From: Nymphaea colorata
Taxonomy: Eukaryota
DNA length: 64,000 bases
NCBI RefSeq assembly: GCF_008831285.2
Contig: NC_045138.2
Span: 20,026,001 to 20,090,000 of the forward strand
Reading direction: 5' to 3'
Below the pieces are notes generated by a model, which worked only from the letters and a program-made list of their open reading frames with translations, was not told the origin of the DNA and did no database searches. Of this stretch, positions 39,232-52,509 are shown one piece after another; position 1 is the first letter of the stretch; each line of letters begins with the position of its first letter. The position numbers were made by a program, and so were the translations under genes.

Positions 39232-42200
39232 ATGGGGAGCGCGGCGCAGGTTCCCACGAGCTTCGGCCAGGAGCTGAGGGCGTGCCTTCGTTGCAGACTC
39301 GTCAAGACCTACGACCAGGTTTCTCCCCCTTCCCCTCTTTCTTCTTCTTCTTCTTGGTGGTTCGTTCGATTTCTTCTTTTTGTCCATTTCTTACCGATGG
39401 ATTCCGATTTTATGTTGCATGGTTGAATCTATCAGTTTAGAGAAATGGGTTGCGAGAACTGCCCGTTCTTCAATATGGATAAAGACCACGAGAGAGTGGT
39501 CGATTGCACAACTCCAAATTTTAGTGGGTACGCCTTTTTCTTATTTCTCTTCCCGTGTTGCCACTTAATCCTGATTTCCTTCCTGTTGTGCCATGCATTA
39601 TCTGTAGTTCTCATGGCTTGCTTGTTTTGTTTTTTCTTATCATTGATCTGCTAAGGTTTTAGATGAGTTTCCGTCTTTTTACTCCCTTCTTTTGCTATTT
39701 CCTTGCTTTTAGTGTTTCTGCTAGTTCTTGTAATTTCTCATTGTCGTTTTGTTTTGTTTGTTTGTTGTTTTTTTTTCTGGGATCACCAATGACGTTGGTG
39801 TTGCCGTGAATCATGTATATGCCTGTTCTATTGGCTAAGAATTTGTTATCAGTACAGGAACGAGTTGTGAAACATGGGGTTTGTTTACGGTTCCTTATGA
39901 AGTTAATGGTTGGTTATCTTTTATGTTTCTAGTTTCATGGTAAACCAATTCTAGCACGTGTACCAAATCGACGTGGAAACAAGCTGGAATTGGGTGTGCT
40001 GTCTTCTTTTCATGACCTCCACGGAACTAATCTGTGGTCTTGCATAACGTTAACTACCAAACGTAGGACCGTCTAGTTGTAAGCTGTAAGCTCTCCCACG
40101 GGTCTCTTCATGCAACCATTGAAAAAGTTATTCATTCATGATTCAACCATGTTCTCTGAAATTTATTTTAGTGTAAAAAAATTTCAGTTATCTTGTTGTG
40201 CGTGATGATAGGATTGAATTAGGGTTTATTTAGCCGGTAGATCTGAAATCAGGGTTTTTTTGAGATGGTAGAGTTGAAAATAATACATGAATTTAACTTT
40301 TATTTTTTGTTTTTAGTTTTTTGTCTTCCTAGTTTTATGAAGAAAAGGATCAGTTTAGTAAAAGAATATGGGGCAAACAAGCTTTCATGACTATTGCGTA
40401 GGACTTGTAGTCGTCATTGTTGAACTTGAATGTGGGTATTGTCAACTATAATGAGATTTTCAATTGGGCAGTGTTTGATTTCAGCAGTCCTTTTGTTATA
40501 CTTTTCTGTTAATAACATTAAAAAAGGCTAGAAAAACTATGAACCTCAGTAGCGTCCGATGGATATTTGGAGTCATCACTTTAGAACTTGGGGATTCAAG
40601 TAATCAACCTTAGTTGGCTTTTATATTTCACTGCTGGTGATGGTTAGCTTGTCAGAATGCAATGATAAGCTTGAAAGCTTATTGAAAATCAGTTTTTATG
40701 ACACATTCATGGTTGTGTTACGTATTTTGGTTTGTTCACTCTTAGCAATATCGTTATGAAGTTTGCTATAATAACTAGAATGCCAGTCAGTTCTTTACTC
40801 TTTTCTTTGTTGATAAAGTTTTTCTTCTTATTAATTTCTGTGTTTCTTACTTTTTGATGTTCACACCACTAATTATGATCCCAACTGCCGTTCACTTCTT
40901 CATTTCCTGTTTTCCCACTATGAGAGAAGAGATGATAAGTTAGCATTTGTCAATTGTTAGGAACTGGTGGCTTTATATTGGACATTCTTTATTGTAATAC
41001 TGAAGCTACTTTCAAGCTTGCTTGTTTGGGGACTAGGATTATTGATTTTAGTTAATGAACAAGCTGAGAACTTGACCCTCAAGAACAAGTAAAACAAAAG
41101 AACTTATCTAAAATTAAGGAGCTAGTCTTCTGGATTACAGACAGGAGCTTCCTTTTGAGGTGAAAGAAGCACAACATTAGACTACTTCTTGATTGTGGAT
41201 AGAAACTGCTTATTGAAGAGATAAAAGAAGCCCAACATTGGACTACAATGACATAAGTTCATCATACGATGACCATAAGTGCATGAGTGGAATGTGTGCG
41301 CTTCATTCCATCTGCTCATCAAATCAGAAATACCAACAAGTGTTTGTGACTGTGGAGGTTGTGAAATGTGTACCGTAATTGATATGCTGAGAAGGTATGT
41401 TGTATGAACCATATTTTATTATAAAAAATTTCTAAAAGAACTCTGAAAACAATTGGCAATATCAGGCAAAAAACTAGGAAAATCATAGTGCAAGGATTAA
41501 CTATGAAATAAATCAAGGAGAAAAACAATTTTCAGTTATGAATTACACTATATTCAGTTACATAATAATGAAGAATTCATCTTATCCTTGACATACTATC
41601 TTGCAATTGAGAATGACATTTAGCAACTATACCACTTTATTATACTTGAACAGATGCAAATGCAATTTTAGTTCCCTATTGTGATGCCAGGACTTTCAGT
41701 GTCGTACTCCTTTGAATACTATGAAGCAGGGGAGGAAAGGAGGAACTAGGCTTCTTCAAAGAAAACATGCAAAAGATCCCCATGAATTTGTCTCTTAGTA
41801 CTTATCGTAGTATGCATGGTTGTCTTTCATCGCATTCTTAAGAGAGTGGAGGAATCAGTCTTAAGATGCTTGATATGCCCCCAAACAGGAAAAAGAATGT
41901 CTGCCTTATTTTTGGTCGAACCTAAGGTGTATTGAGGTATCATTCAAAACACTTGATAAAGTATCAGCACACCCTTGTAACTAATTAAAGAGTTGTGTCA
42001 TACTTGTTTTGCTTAAATGGAACATATATATGAGCAATTTGGATATGAGATTATGACTTATCAGCTCTAACTTTGTAGTCTTCTGAGAGTCAGTAGCTTG
42101 CATTTGCTCTGTAAATTACTAGTAATATCTGCATTTTTAGGTTGTTTCTTCTCGAACATGTTTTTTTTCTCTCTGGAAGAGCAACAGCCTGTTCCATATG

Positions 42201-42739
42201 CGCATATGCTGCTATTTCTTATAAATATTCACCTAGTTTTGAATCATGAGTTCACTCTTCTATTGATTTAAATTTAACTTTGATTTTTATTCCCTCAGGA
42301 TAATTTCATGCATGGATCCAACTAGAAGTTGGGCTGCTCGTTGGTTGAGAATTGGTAAATAGTCTTGAACTTTGAGTTTTCTGGCTTAATTTATTTGGGA
42401 AAAAATGCTACCGAAATCTATATGAAATATTAATAACTATGTTCTTATTAGCCACGGGCTTCAGTTTTGAGTTCGTCTTCTTTTACAAAGTTGTTGCATC
42501 CAAAATGGCTTATTTAACTCTTTACAGGCAAATTCGTCCCGGGCTGTTACACCCTTGCAGTTTCAGAACAACTTCCGGAAGAAATGCAGGTCTGCTTTCT
42601 GTTCTGTTTGCTTTGTAAACATGGGATTCCACTTGGTTTTAGAATCTCCCCTTGAGACAATTTATTTCATCATCTGAAATTTGTGCAGGCTGTTTGTGAA
42701 GATAACAATGTTCCTTATGTGCCACCAAAACGCATATGA
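39232..42739 (+). CDS. SPT4: Transcription elongation factor SPT4 (DSIF small subunit); exons 39232-39318, 39436-39527, 42299-42354, 42528-42589, 42689-42739 (115 aa)
   Basis: ELRACLRCRLVKTYDQF..GCENC zinc ribbon, DCTTPNFSGIISCMDPTRSWAARWLRI, FVPGCYTLAVS; ends YVPPKRI*; canonical splice sites in phase. Confidence 0.97.
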
Positions 42740-43983
42740 TTAACTCCATCTCTCCTGTATTGTTCTTTCTCTTTCTCTGGATAGCAATGTGCTCTATGTG
42801 AAACTTCTCCTCTTTATATGTAAAATTTTTTTGCTCCTTTTATCCTTTAAAATGTCTACCACCTTGTGGCCTATAACTCTTCCTGCGAGCTGTACATTTG
42901 CAATCACAAATTTAAATGGGTCTGAACGGGACTGCAAAATATGTTGGAAGTAGGATGAGAATTGAACAGATGCAGGTGAAAACTGTCATCCCTGTACCAG
43001 AGTCGACCCATTGGTATACCTACTTGTTATGTTCTTGTGCTGATGGGAATGTTCTTTAATTTGGTTTCTCATGTGATGCCATAGTTGTGGTTTTCGCAAC
43101 GCTACTTTTTTCTGCAAATGGGATGTGCTCATGGACCATAAGGCAATTTCCGGTGGATGGTGTGTTCTATTTTAACCAAAAGTTCTATCCGCAGAAGGCA
43201 AGGATTTCTATTACCCATCCAGGAGCTATATCAAAAGATCACCACAGAAGAGAGAAAGAGTTAGCAGTAGTTTGATTATAGTCATCTGTAGACATGGCTT
43301 GTAATAAATATCATCGACTCCAAATCTCAACCAAATATCATCCTAGATCCTCCATAACCTTGGGCAAAGTCACTTTACTATTGAACAGTTTTAAATCTGA
43401 CTGGGACTTGAGTAGAATTGCATATTGTCCTAGCCAAGATCATGCTCAGGCTTTCCGAGCACGCGAGTTGCGTATTTGCCTATTTGGGGCTCGAAAAAAT
43501 CGAAACGCCTAGTATTTAGAAAATGTGACATGCCTTGAAGGCAAAAGCGAAGGAAGGAAGTTTCATTTTTGTACAATAATCGAAATATTCCTCGTTCTAG
43601 AACGATCATAATACAGGTCGAACATGTGCATGGGTGTTATTGCCTGCCTTAGCTCCAGCCTGAGTTTCAGCTTGAACTGTTTAAGCTGGTTAAGAGGAAA
43701 GGACAGAAGAGTGAATTTTTTTCAACTTCAAAATTTTGAACTTAAAAATTGTCACTCTAGAATATGAGGGTGGTTGTCACGCAAAGCATATATATCAAGT
43801 CCTTCACTTGACATAACTTTTTTTCTTTTTCTTTGGGTAATCAAGCGGAAGAACATACATGGGAATAAGACACCAACTCGACAAGCCAATGGTATCATCA
43901 AGAAGATAATGATATGTTCAACGTTATTAAAAGGTCTAAATTGGCATGAGTGAAATTATTTGAATCAGCCTTAAGGCGCATGG

Positions 43984-44540
43984 TTAGAGGTGTCAACGGA
44001 TCATATTCGAAAAGTCTATTTTTCATATATTCACGTACTCATATTCAAATTCAGATTTGAGTATCAATAAAGAAAAGTTATATCTGAATCTGAATCTAAA
44101 TTAGAGACCCGATTTCATAATCTGAATCCAATTTTTACATTTCTATCTGAATCCAAATTTTGAACTAAATCATGTCGATTTTCAAACATTAGAGCATTGG
44201 GTAGCTGATATTTATTTAAAACTAAATCCAATCTTAATTCAAATCAAATCTGATATCTAAATTAGAGACCGATTTCATAATCTGAATCCAATTTTTACAT
44301 TTCTATCTGAATCCAAATTTTGAACTAAATCATGTCGATTTTCAAACATTAGAGCATTGGGTAGCTGATATTTATTTAAAACTAAATCCAATCTTAATTC
44401 AAATCAAATCTGATCTATATATATTCAAATCCGAATCCGATTGGTTGTCATTTGATTTCTCGGTTGGATATTAATTATTTTCTATATCGGATTTTTTCAG
44501 AACAGTTCCAATCCAAATCAGATATATTGACAACCACAAA
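43984..44540. mobile_element. AT-rich non-autonomous element (family B) with an internal ~160-bp tandem duplication
   Basis: Termini tagaggtgtcaa / ttgacaaccaca; many ATCCGA/ATCTGAATC motifs; 44094-44254 is repeated at 44255-44414. Confidence 0.7.
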
Positions 44541-45092
44541 TATAGTGCAACCGGGTGGCAAGGTGGTTCACTCTGAGAGGTCTATGGCTCAAATCACATT
44601 ATTAATGTCATGCGAGATGCAAACAGTGATGGACATGACACACGAGTTGAAGGATGTACTACCAGATGCCCTTCCAAACACCAAAAAGCCAAAACTTTGT
44701 AGATATACAAGTATGACTTCAGGGGTTTTATGCCGAACATAGTTTCACCTAAGTAAACATTAAAAAGGAAAAGCAATTTGAATTAGATCAAGACAATTTC
44801 AATTGGATACCTCTCACACTCGACCAGTTTACATGAAATCAGCCATATCGTATGAGAATTGGCCCATTCTCAGTAAATCGGATGAGAATACGTGGTTAGG
44901 TGCTCTTTAGATGTGCCTATTTAGCTCTTTTAATTATTTTGGGTCCCTTTCACGACGGCTATATCGCACCTGCCTTTTGTTTCTTAGCCTGAGGTTGCCT
45001 ATCTATCCTCCCTACCTCCTCCCGAAGTAGATCGTATTTTCGAGGACGAAACACTAAGGAAAGCCACACTCGAAAATGTGACTCCTTTTGCC

Positions 45093-45281
45093 TCGGGGGT
45101 TGAACTATAGTTTCAAAATTTTAACAAAGACCAAAATACAATTTTTCAAAATTTTTATATAGGTTAAATCAAAACTTTTAAAAGTTATATATTAATTTTT
45201 TGAATTTTTAAAAATTTGAAGGTGGTGGTGCGGGAGCGGGTCTGGGGGCAAGACTCCTGCCATCCCCTGCCTCTGCCCCTG
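45093..45281. mobile_element. Truncated copy of the 617-809 MITE family
   Basis: Interior matches (tttcaaaattttaac...aaaatttgaaggtgg); right end gcctctgcccctg. Confidence 0.55.
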
Positions 45282-45438
45282 GTTGGCACTGTTGTTTTCA
45301 GTAAGTGACGAAACTAGAAATTTATACTTGAGAAGAAGCACACGCGTATGTAGATGTGTAATTCTGGTTTTCAATAGTAAAAAAGCTCTTTATAGCTTGT
45401 TTTTGGTTTATAAATTAGAATACTTAATATATGAGAAC

Positions 45439-45471
<33 letters not shown>

Positions 45472-47050
45472 AGTTATTTAGCATATTTTAAGTTTCTACT
45501 TATTCTCAAGTCAATTTTTATGCTTGTTATATCACAATTAATTTTTTTTTGGGGAAAAAATTGTGCCCTCAATATCATAGTTTAATATTCTCAAGTCAAT
45601 ATAAATCAGTCCCCAAATCGGAACGGCCAAGTTGTCTATTAAGTGAAACAGTAATAATTATAAACAAATTATCTAAAAAAGACCAAAAGCATACATTAGC
45701 TCATTATAAATAAGAAAAATCTCAGTATATTTCAAAAGTAATTAAAAATAACTTGTGGTGCTCTAAAATCTGCTGCTAAATCAAATAAGTTAGCCACCGA
45801 CAGCCGAGTGATGAAGACAGGCAGCATTAACTGTAACATCAGCTAAGGCATTTCATAACCAAAACAAAGTAGTCATCATCAAAGAATCCACCTATTCTCA
45901 AGTCACTTCATAAATGAGAGATGTTGCAGGTCAAGATTTAAAAAAAAAAAAAAAATTGATGGGACTGCCAATTTGGGTTTTAAGTATATAAATTATGAAC
46001 ACCAACAGTCTAAGACAAAAAATGCAAGAGAACTTGGGTTTGGCGCCTCAACCCCAATTTATAGTTTTGTTTGAGCAGAAAAAAATGAGTCTTTTGACAC
46101 GACACGAGGGAGAGGTAGAGTTTTTTTTTTTAAAAAAAAAATTTAATGGGCACACTAACCATATATTAATCATATAGTTAACAAATTTTCAATTGACCAT
46201 AAAACAGTCACCTAGATCTCTTGAGGCCGTCTTATATAATTGAACTCATATCTACTCAAAATCAAGCACTAATTCAATCTTTAATAAGATGAGTATGCCC
46301 CCACACGAAGCCCCCACTTAATTACGCCCCTTTTCTAGCGCATGTGGCGGTCCGTCATTGATGTGAATGATATGGGTGTCATTAATGGGATGGGAGTGGG
46401 ACAAGTGCACTGGTGTGCATTAATAAGCCAATACTAAATGTGAACTCAACTTGGGTAGGTGTCATTTCTTTTATATGGAATTTTGATTCAGATCTACTAC
46501 AACATGGAATTTTGATTCAGATCTACTACAACATTGAAGACCCATTTTCCAGAACTTTTTTTAGATTCATATATTGATTTTTGAATAAGTGTATAGTTAG
46601 GAGGAAAGGTTGACATGATAAAACTGCCTATAACAAAGTAACTTTTCACCAAAGTATTAATTTATCCACTTTAGCTTCCGTACACAAAATCTGGTTACCT
46701 TTTCTCTCCAGTGGACAAGTGGGAGATCGTGCTTCCAGCGAAAGCCGTGCAATCCAGAGCCAGCTTTCCACCGGTGGCCACCATACCGTCTAAAAGCCAT
46801 GAAGGCGCAATCATGCAAGCTTTGCAACCTTGGAGCATCTTTTAACAAAAAGGGCTCTTCCCCACAAAATGATACGCTTTACAGGAAAAACCAAAGGACA
46901 AAGTTCACCGATGCACGCCATTACACATGACCAGATACAGGCATGGACGCAACGAACAGCTTTATTATGAAATCTCAATGTCTCTTCACATGTTTATCTA
47001 CAGGATAGGACAGATTGATTGCAGAAACAGGTGAAGCAAATACTTCCTCC

Positions 47051-49833
47051 TCATTTTGGTGGCTTCACAATCATCACGGGGCATTTCGCGTGGTGGGCAA
47101 CGTAGTCACTGACGCTCCCCAGAAGTGTCCTGCATGACCAACAACGATCAACACATTCATACATATCTGCACTCAGCTTAAACAGAAAGAGAGTGCAGAG
47201 CTAAACTTGGATATGAAGATCTGAAGGAAAACTGCAAATTCTCTAATAGATAGAGAAGGTTAGATTGGAAATCATAATCTTGTTAAATGGTGAACCTCTG
47301 TGAGAGCCTTAAAAATTTTCCCTTTCAATAGGTTAATTAACTTTTGACCCCATAGCGCTTTGAGATGGGGATGCCATTAAAAGTTTAAGATGCTTCAGGA
47401 CCTCTCCAGGCGTCTGGATCGCCCAGATAATTAGGCCATTAGAAACTCCTTCTTTAGCTAGAGAACACCCAGCTCTTAGAACCAAGAAGACAACCTGTCA
47501 GGGCCAACTTACAGGCATAAATACTTTGAACATTTGGCCTGTAGGAGGGTCAGAGTAGGCTTAACTCAATGTTAAGATAAATTGGTAGAAAAAAATGGGG
47601 TTGCAGGAAGAGGGAAGAAACCGAAAAGCTTTTCTCATTTTTAGTCAGAGAAAAGTTTTCCAAAGCCAGCTCCTTTCGCTTGTAACAGTTCCTTAATGTA
47701 CCAAAAGAGTTATTTTTTCCTACCAAAAATTCTCTCTTAGACAGAAAACTTTGTTTTCATGACAGCACTTTCAGACGCACCCATCTAGTGCTTGATGAGA
47801 CAGTAGAGTCAGATTCAACTAAAAGACAAAATTTTACGAGACCTAATTGAACCTTGCTCTTGGTAAAGGACAAAGACCCGAAAAGCAATGGTAACAAAGA
47901 CTAGCGACTAAAACCAAGGGAAACGAAACTTTTCACAACGACAAAGAGAACCAAGATACCAACCGAGACAATCAGTGATAATAAAGACTAGAGCCCAAAC
48001 CCATGGGAAAAGAAACTTAGCACAACGACAAGAGAACCAAGATACAAACCGAGAATCATTCCTGCAACTCTAAGCCAGTGGTTGACAGCACTAAGGAATC
48101 ATTCCTGCAACTGTAAGACAGTGGTTGACAGCACTAAGGATGCACTAAGACATTGACTCACATCCAGGCCCCAGCCAAGGCGAAAGCCAGCTTCGAGCTG
48201 AAGAAGGCTTTGTGTTTGTTAACACATTTGAAACTTGTGCTGTTAAAAAGTTAAAATTACCTCTTGATCGTGCCTAGACCACGGCTTCCTACAATGACAA
48301 GATCAGCATGAACTTGTTCAACAACTTGGCATATCATCTCCTTCGCGTCTCCTTCAATGGTCATTGTTTCTGCAGTCACCTGAGGAAAATGACACCAAAA
48401 ACCCCATTAATGACCCTGACTATTCTGTCACCGTTCTTGGACAATGAACACCCACGTCGTCATCATCATTAATCATTATCATCATCCACGATCACTTGAA
48501 ACGCCCAAAAAAAAGTCATTAATGGACGTCAACCTTTTGGCTGACTTTCATGTCAATCACTTAATTCCAAATATTTCATATCAGAAATAATGTTTCTGAA
48601 AGAGTGTCCACTCGGGTCAAAAAATTGGTCCAAACGTAAGGCTTTTTAATCCCGTAAAAGAAGAAAAATAAGTAAGAAAAGAGGGAAAAAGCACGAACTC
48701 AACCCGTTCAAAGAACCGAATCGAGATTGTGAGACAAAAGTGAAAGTTAACTTTGTCATGTGACGCTCAGATGAGAAACCCACAGGCGGCATAAAATTCG
48801 TTCACATTTTTCAGGAAAATACAGAAGGCCATATCAAGAAAAGAATGTCCAATTGACGAGATCACACCAAAACTAAGCTCCATAAAACCATATTTTTCCT
48901 ACTTTTATCAAATGGGCCACGATGTACGCGTGTATGGTGTTAAATTTGCAAAAATAGAAGGCAAAATTTTTCACAAATTTCATTTCGCATAATCTAAGAG
49001 ATATAAGAAGCAACGGAAATATGCCAAACAGATACGCCAACCGAAGTTTGTAACAGCCGAAAAGGTGAAAACACTTACATGTTTCTCGTTACATAAAGCC
49101 AGTGCTCGTCCCAAGAGTCTGGCACTATTTTGTTCCTGGGCTTGCTTCACCGACTGAATAACAACGGGGGTTACATAAACACCTGCGTCCATAACCAAGA
49201 ACCAAAATCAGAAGACCGTTTCTCCACACCCCCGAAAAGATCAAGTTCTTTCACGCAACTAAAAAAAGGAACTACTCAAGCAAGCGACTCAGGAGCAGAA
49301 GATCCCAACTCCCGAGAGGTAAAAAACTAAACCAATTCCAGCTGCAACTTCTAATGAATCAGGAAGATCAAAGAAGCAGCAAAAAATGAAAGCAAAAAGG
49401 AGACCAGGGGAGAGACTAATTGGCATCATACTTTGCCATTTTATAAGCACAATCCTCACAAATGACATGTTTGGCATGCAAAGGGAATCCTAACCAAGTT
49501 CATGAACGCTAACAACTGTGACGAGAAAATCAGGCACCAAAACTTGAAGCAGAAACGGCCGTATATACCTGGCCCAGCTGGGAAGAAATACTGCTGGAAG
49601 GGCTGTATGGCGTGAACGATCAAGAGGGTGCCGAAATCAGGGTTTTGGCCATGGCCAAACAGGGTTTCGATAGTCCAGCTGAGGGCGTGGAAGCTGCCCT
49701 CGCTCTCATCGAAGCCAAAAACTATCTTCATCTTCTTCTTCTCCTCTTCCACTGGTAGCGAGTTTCCCTCCTCCTCCTTCCCTTCTTCCCTTTCTTCTCT
49801 CTCTATTAGCTTCGCCTCTTCACTAGACTCCAT
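47051..49833 (-). CDS. Universal stress protein A-like protein; exons 49833-49569, 49182-49079, 48379-48261, 47129-47051 (188 aa)
   Basis: KIVFGFDESEGSFHALSW, EGDAKEMICQVVEQVHADLVIVGSRGLGTIKRTLLGSVSDYVAHHAKCPVMIVKPPK*; contains the USP ATP-binding G-2x-G-9x-GS motif; acidic N-terminal extension. Confidence 0.95.
47891..48139. repeat. Two adjacent tandem duplications in USP intron 3 (~85-bp diverged pair, then a 43-bp near-identical pair)
   Basis: aaagactag...cacaacgaca(a)agagaaccaagatac(c/a)aaccgaga occurs twice, then aatcattcctgcaact(c/g)taag(c/a)cagtggttgacagcactaagg occurs twice. Confidence 0.9.
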
Positions 49834-51549
49834 GATCCTCTTCCTTTCTTCCTGTGTCTGGTTTTTCACAAGAATGAGGAGAACGGGGAAATGGGCATAT
49901 ATTTATACAGCCGTTGAAGGGAATAAGCTGGCGTGTCGTTCCCTATGATAAAAATGCGCACTTGACACCGAATATTACCAATTAGCCATGGGTCGAAGAA
50001 AAGCTTATCTCCTTTTATTTGATCATCGCTTAGTTTGTCTTTAAAAAATAAAAAATAAGCGAAAAATAAAATAAATGAGAAACTAATAACACAAACATGA
50101 AAATGAATGAAAAAAAAAAAGTAGATTTACAATAAATAAAAAATTAAAAAACTACATGGCATTAAAAATAAAAAAATTACAAAAAGTGAAAAAGTCCAGT
50201 TTTTTTCGTTTTTAACATTTTTTTTTGAAAAAAAAAACATTTTTTAAGTTTTAAACAACCACTTAATTTATCGCGTTCTTTTTTAACCTGTTCGAGAAAA
50301 ACACTTTTTCTGTGGATGGTTTGATTAATTTAAGTTTAAATACAAAAACTCAAAATTATATTTACATTTTTACGTATTAATTAGATTCAAATTTTCTTTG
50401 AGAATAAAGATCTATCATATTGCATTGGAAAAATCTTGTACCTCGCTTTCAAATACTAACTAAATATGATTTTTTTAGAATCCAAACTATGTAAATATAA
50501 AAGGAAATGGGGCAAGGATGAAAATAATTCGAAAAAGGGTGGCGCTTTGCTGGAAGTGTGGAAGAAAGATGGATGAGGATATAGATGAGAAGAAAGGTGG
50601 GATAAGGTGGATGGAAATGAGATGATGACGAGAAGAAGGGACGTGACTAACACCTGCTGAAACCACGAGCTGTCCATTCTATGGAACCAAACAAACCACC
50701 TTCAAACGAGTTGCTGGTTTTCATGCTACCTCGGGCCGGATCTAGTCGGATTTGGATCCGGAAGGACATGAAAATGTATGTAGCATATAATATACACGAC
50801 TATGTTATGTTTCGTAGTTTCAGATCTCAATTAAAGTGTTAAATATAGTTGTAATTGGTGTTGTAATAATGTTAAACATGTTTAATGTTGAACTGCAAAA
50901 CATTATAATCTGTTATGAAATGAATCTGCGGATTTAAAGATTCCACTCTACCCGTTTTGCACCGATACGTAAAAACTATTAAAAATGATTTTAAAACATC
51001 AAGGAAAAAATAAGTAAAAGCTAATTGGAAATTAGAAAAAATTTAAAGTATTTAAAAAATAATTAAAAACAACATGTGAACTGATACTCTTAAATTCATT
51101 CAGCCACCGACTTGATTTCAATTGGATTCAAGCCAACTAAAGTATAAGCTAACAGTGGCTCGCCCTTTTTCTAGATTATTCCATTTTGCACTCCAACTGT
51201 TTTGGAAATCAATGCAATATTTTATAAATATGGGATGATAACTGGTCAGCTTAAGGGTCACACACGTCATATGTGTGCTATTCTTTTAAACTACAAATTC
51301 TTAACATACACAATACTTGAATTGATCCTCATACAATCCATCTATTCTAAAAGGCCACTTCATAAATGAAAGATGTTGCTGGTCAAGATAATTTTCTTTT
51401 TTATACTTGATGCAAGTGCCAACTAGGGTTTTAAGAATCTAAATTATTGATGGCCAATTTTCCAAAGCAAAAAGCAAGAGACCTTTTGCATTGAGTGCAA
51501 AGCTCCACACAAAAGCCTATAAATAGTAGCTAATCAACTTCCCCTATGA

Positions 51550-52310
51550 CAGAGTTGGGCATCCGGCCGGGCTGGGCCGGTATTATCGAGCCTCAGGCTT
51601 TATTGTATGCCCGATGCTCGGCCCCGGCCCCGGCCCCGGCCCGATTACGGCCGGCACATGATTTTTCCAAGCACTTTGCTATTAGCAAAGTATAAAGAAA
51701 AACCCTAACCCCTCTTGAGATATGCTCGCTGCTTTTGTCATCATGAATCAGTCGCCAGAATCACTTTTTGTAAGCACTTCCTCTCCATCTCTCTTTTCCA
51801 AAAGACTTTTCCTTTCTATGTTCCTGTATTTTGTCAAGGGCTTAATGTGTTGCCTTTTTTCCCCCTTTGTGTAGTTACCACCAAAGGACTTGTCAAATGG
51901 AAAACCAGACATCATAGCTTTCAAAACATCTGAACAAGCACCGCAGGAAGCCGTTCCTCCAGCAGCGGCTGCTGATTTTGATCATGTGGCACCGCCGAGT
52001 GCTTCAGATGCAAAGCCTGTTTTCTATGCGTTCACCGATGGGGACAATGAAGCATTCACAGTCGGCGAGGTCAAGGGCATAGGAGAGGATTCTAAGGAAG
52101 TTACGAACCCCTGAGTTCATATATATATATATAAAGTTACCAGGCTTATTGGGCCGTCGACATCACTGTATCAAAGCCCAGGCCCGATCCGTTAAGTATG
52201 GCCTGGCTGAGACCAATAAAAATCAGCCCGTTAAGAAATTTTTAGGGCCCGAGCCCATGTCCGAGCCCGGCCGGATACCGGATACCTGGCGCTGGCGGTG
52301 CCCAGGCTTA
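51550..52310. mobile_element. MITE-like element with GC-rich GGCCC/GGCCG subterminal arms enclosing a gene-like cargo
   Basis: Perfect 13-bp inverted match atccggccgggct (51561-51573) / agcccggccggat (52264-52276); tgggca / tgccca near the ends; GGCCC motif clusters in both arms. TSD not convincingly recovered. Confidence 0.65.
51722..52114 (+). CDS. Putative two-exon orphan mini-protein (exons 51722-51769 and 51875-52114; 95 aa, or 88 aa from ATG 51743)
   Basis: TATAAA at 51691, telo-box AAACCCTAA at 51700, GTAAG donor at 51770, CTTAAT branch-like site at 51841, polypyrimidine tract and TAG acceptor at 51874; the splice preserves frame to TGA at 52114. No family recognised. Confidence 0.5.
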
Positions 52311-52509
52311 CCGTAGAGTAGGATGATTAATTTATCTCAACACATTCAAACTTTTTAGATGTGAGACGAAATTCCATGAAATTGAACAATGTGGGAAGGT
52401 GAAATGGTTAATCAGATTTTACCTGCGAACTAACGTCTCCATTTTCTATTATGGTGATAGACTGCGGGGTTGCGGTGATCCGACAGTCCCACCTTTTCCA
52501 TAAATACAT

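Noticed and set aside
46476..46533. Short perfect tandem duplications (also ~24068-24120, 36196-36243, 57227-57278)
   Set aside because: Two-unit local duplications without spacers; ordinary slippage/repair products, not CRISPR-like arrays.
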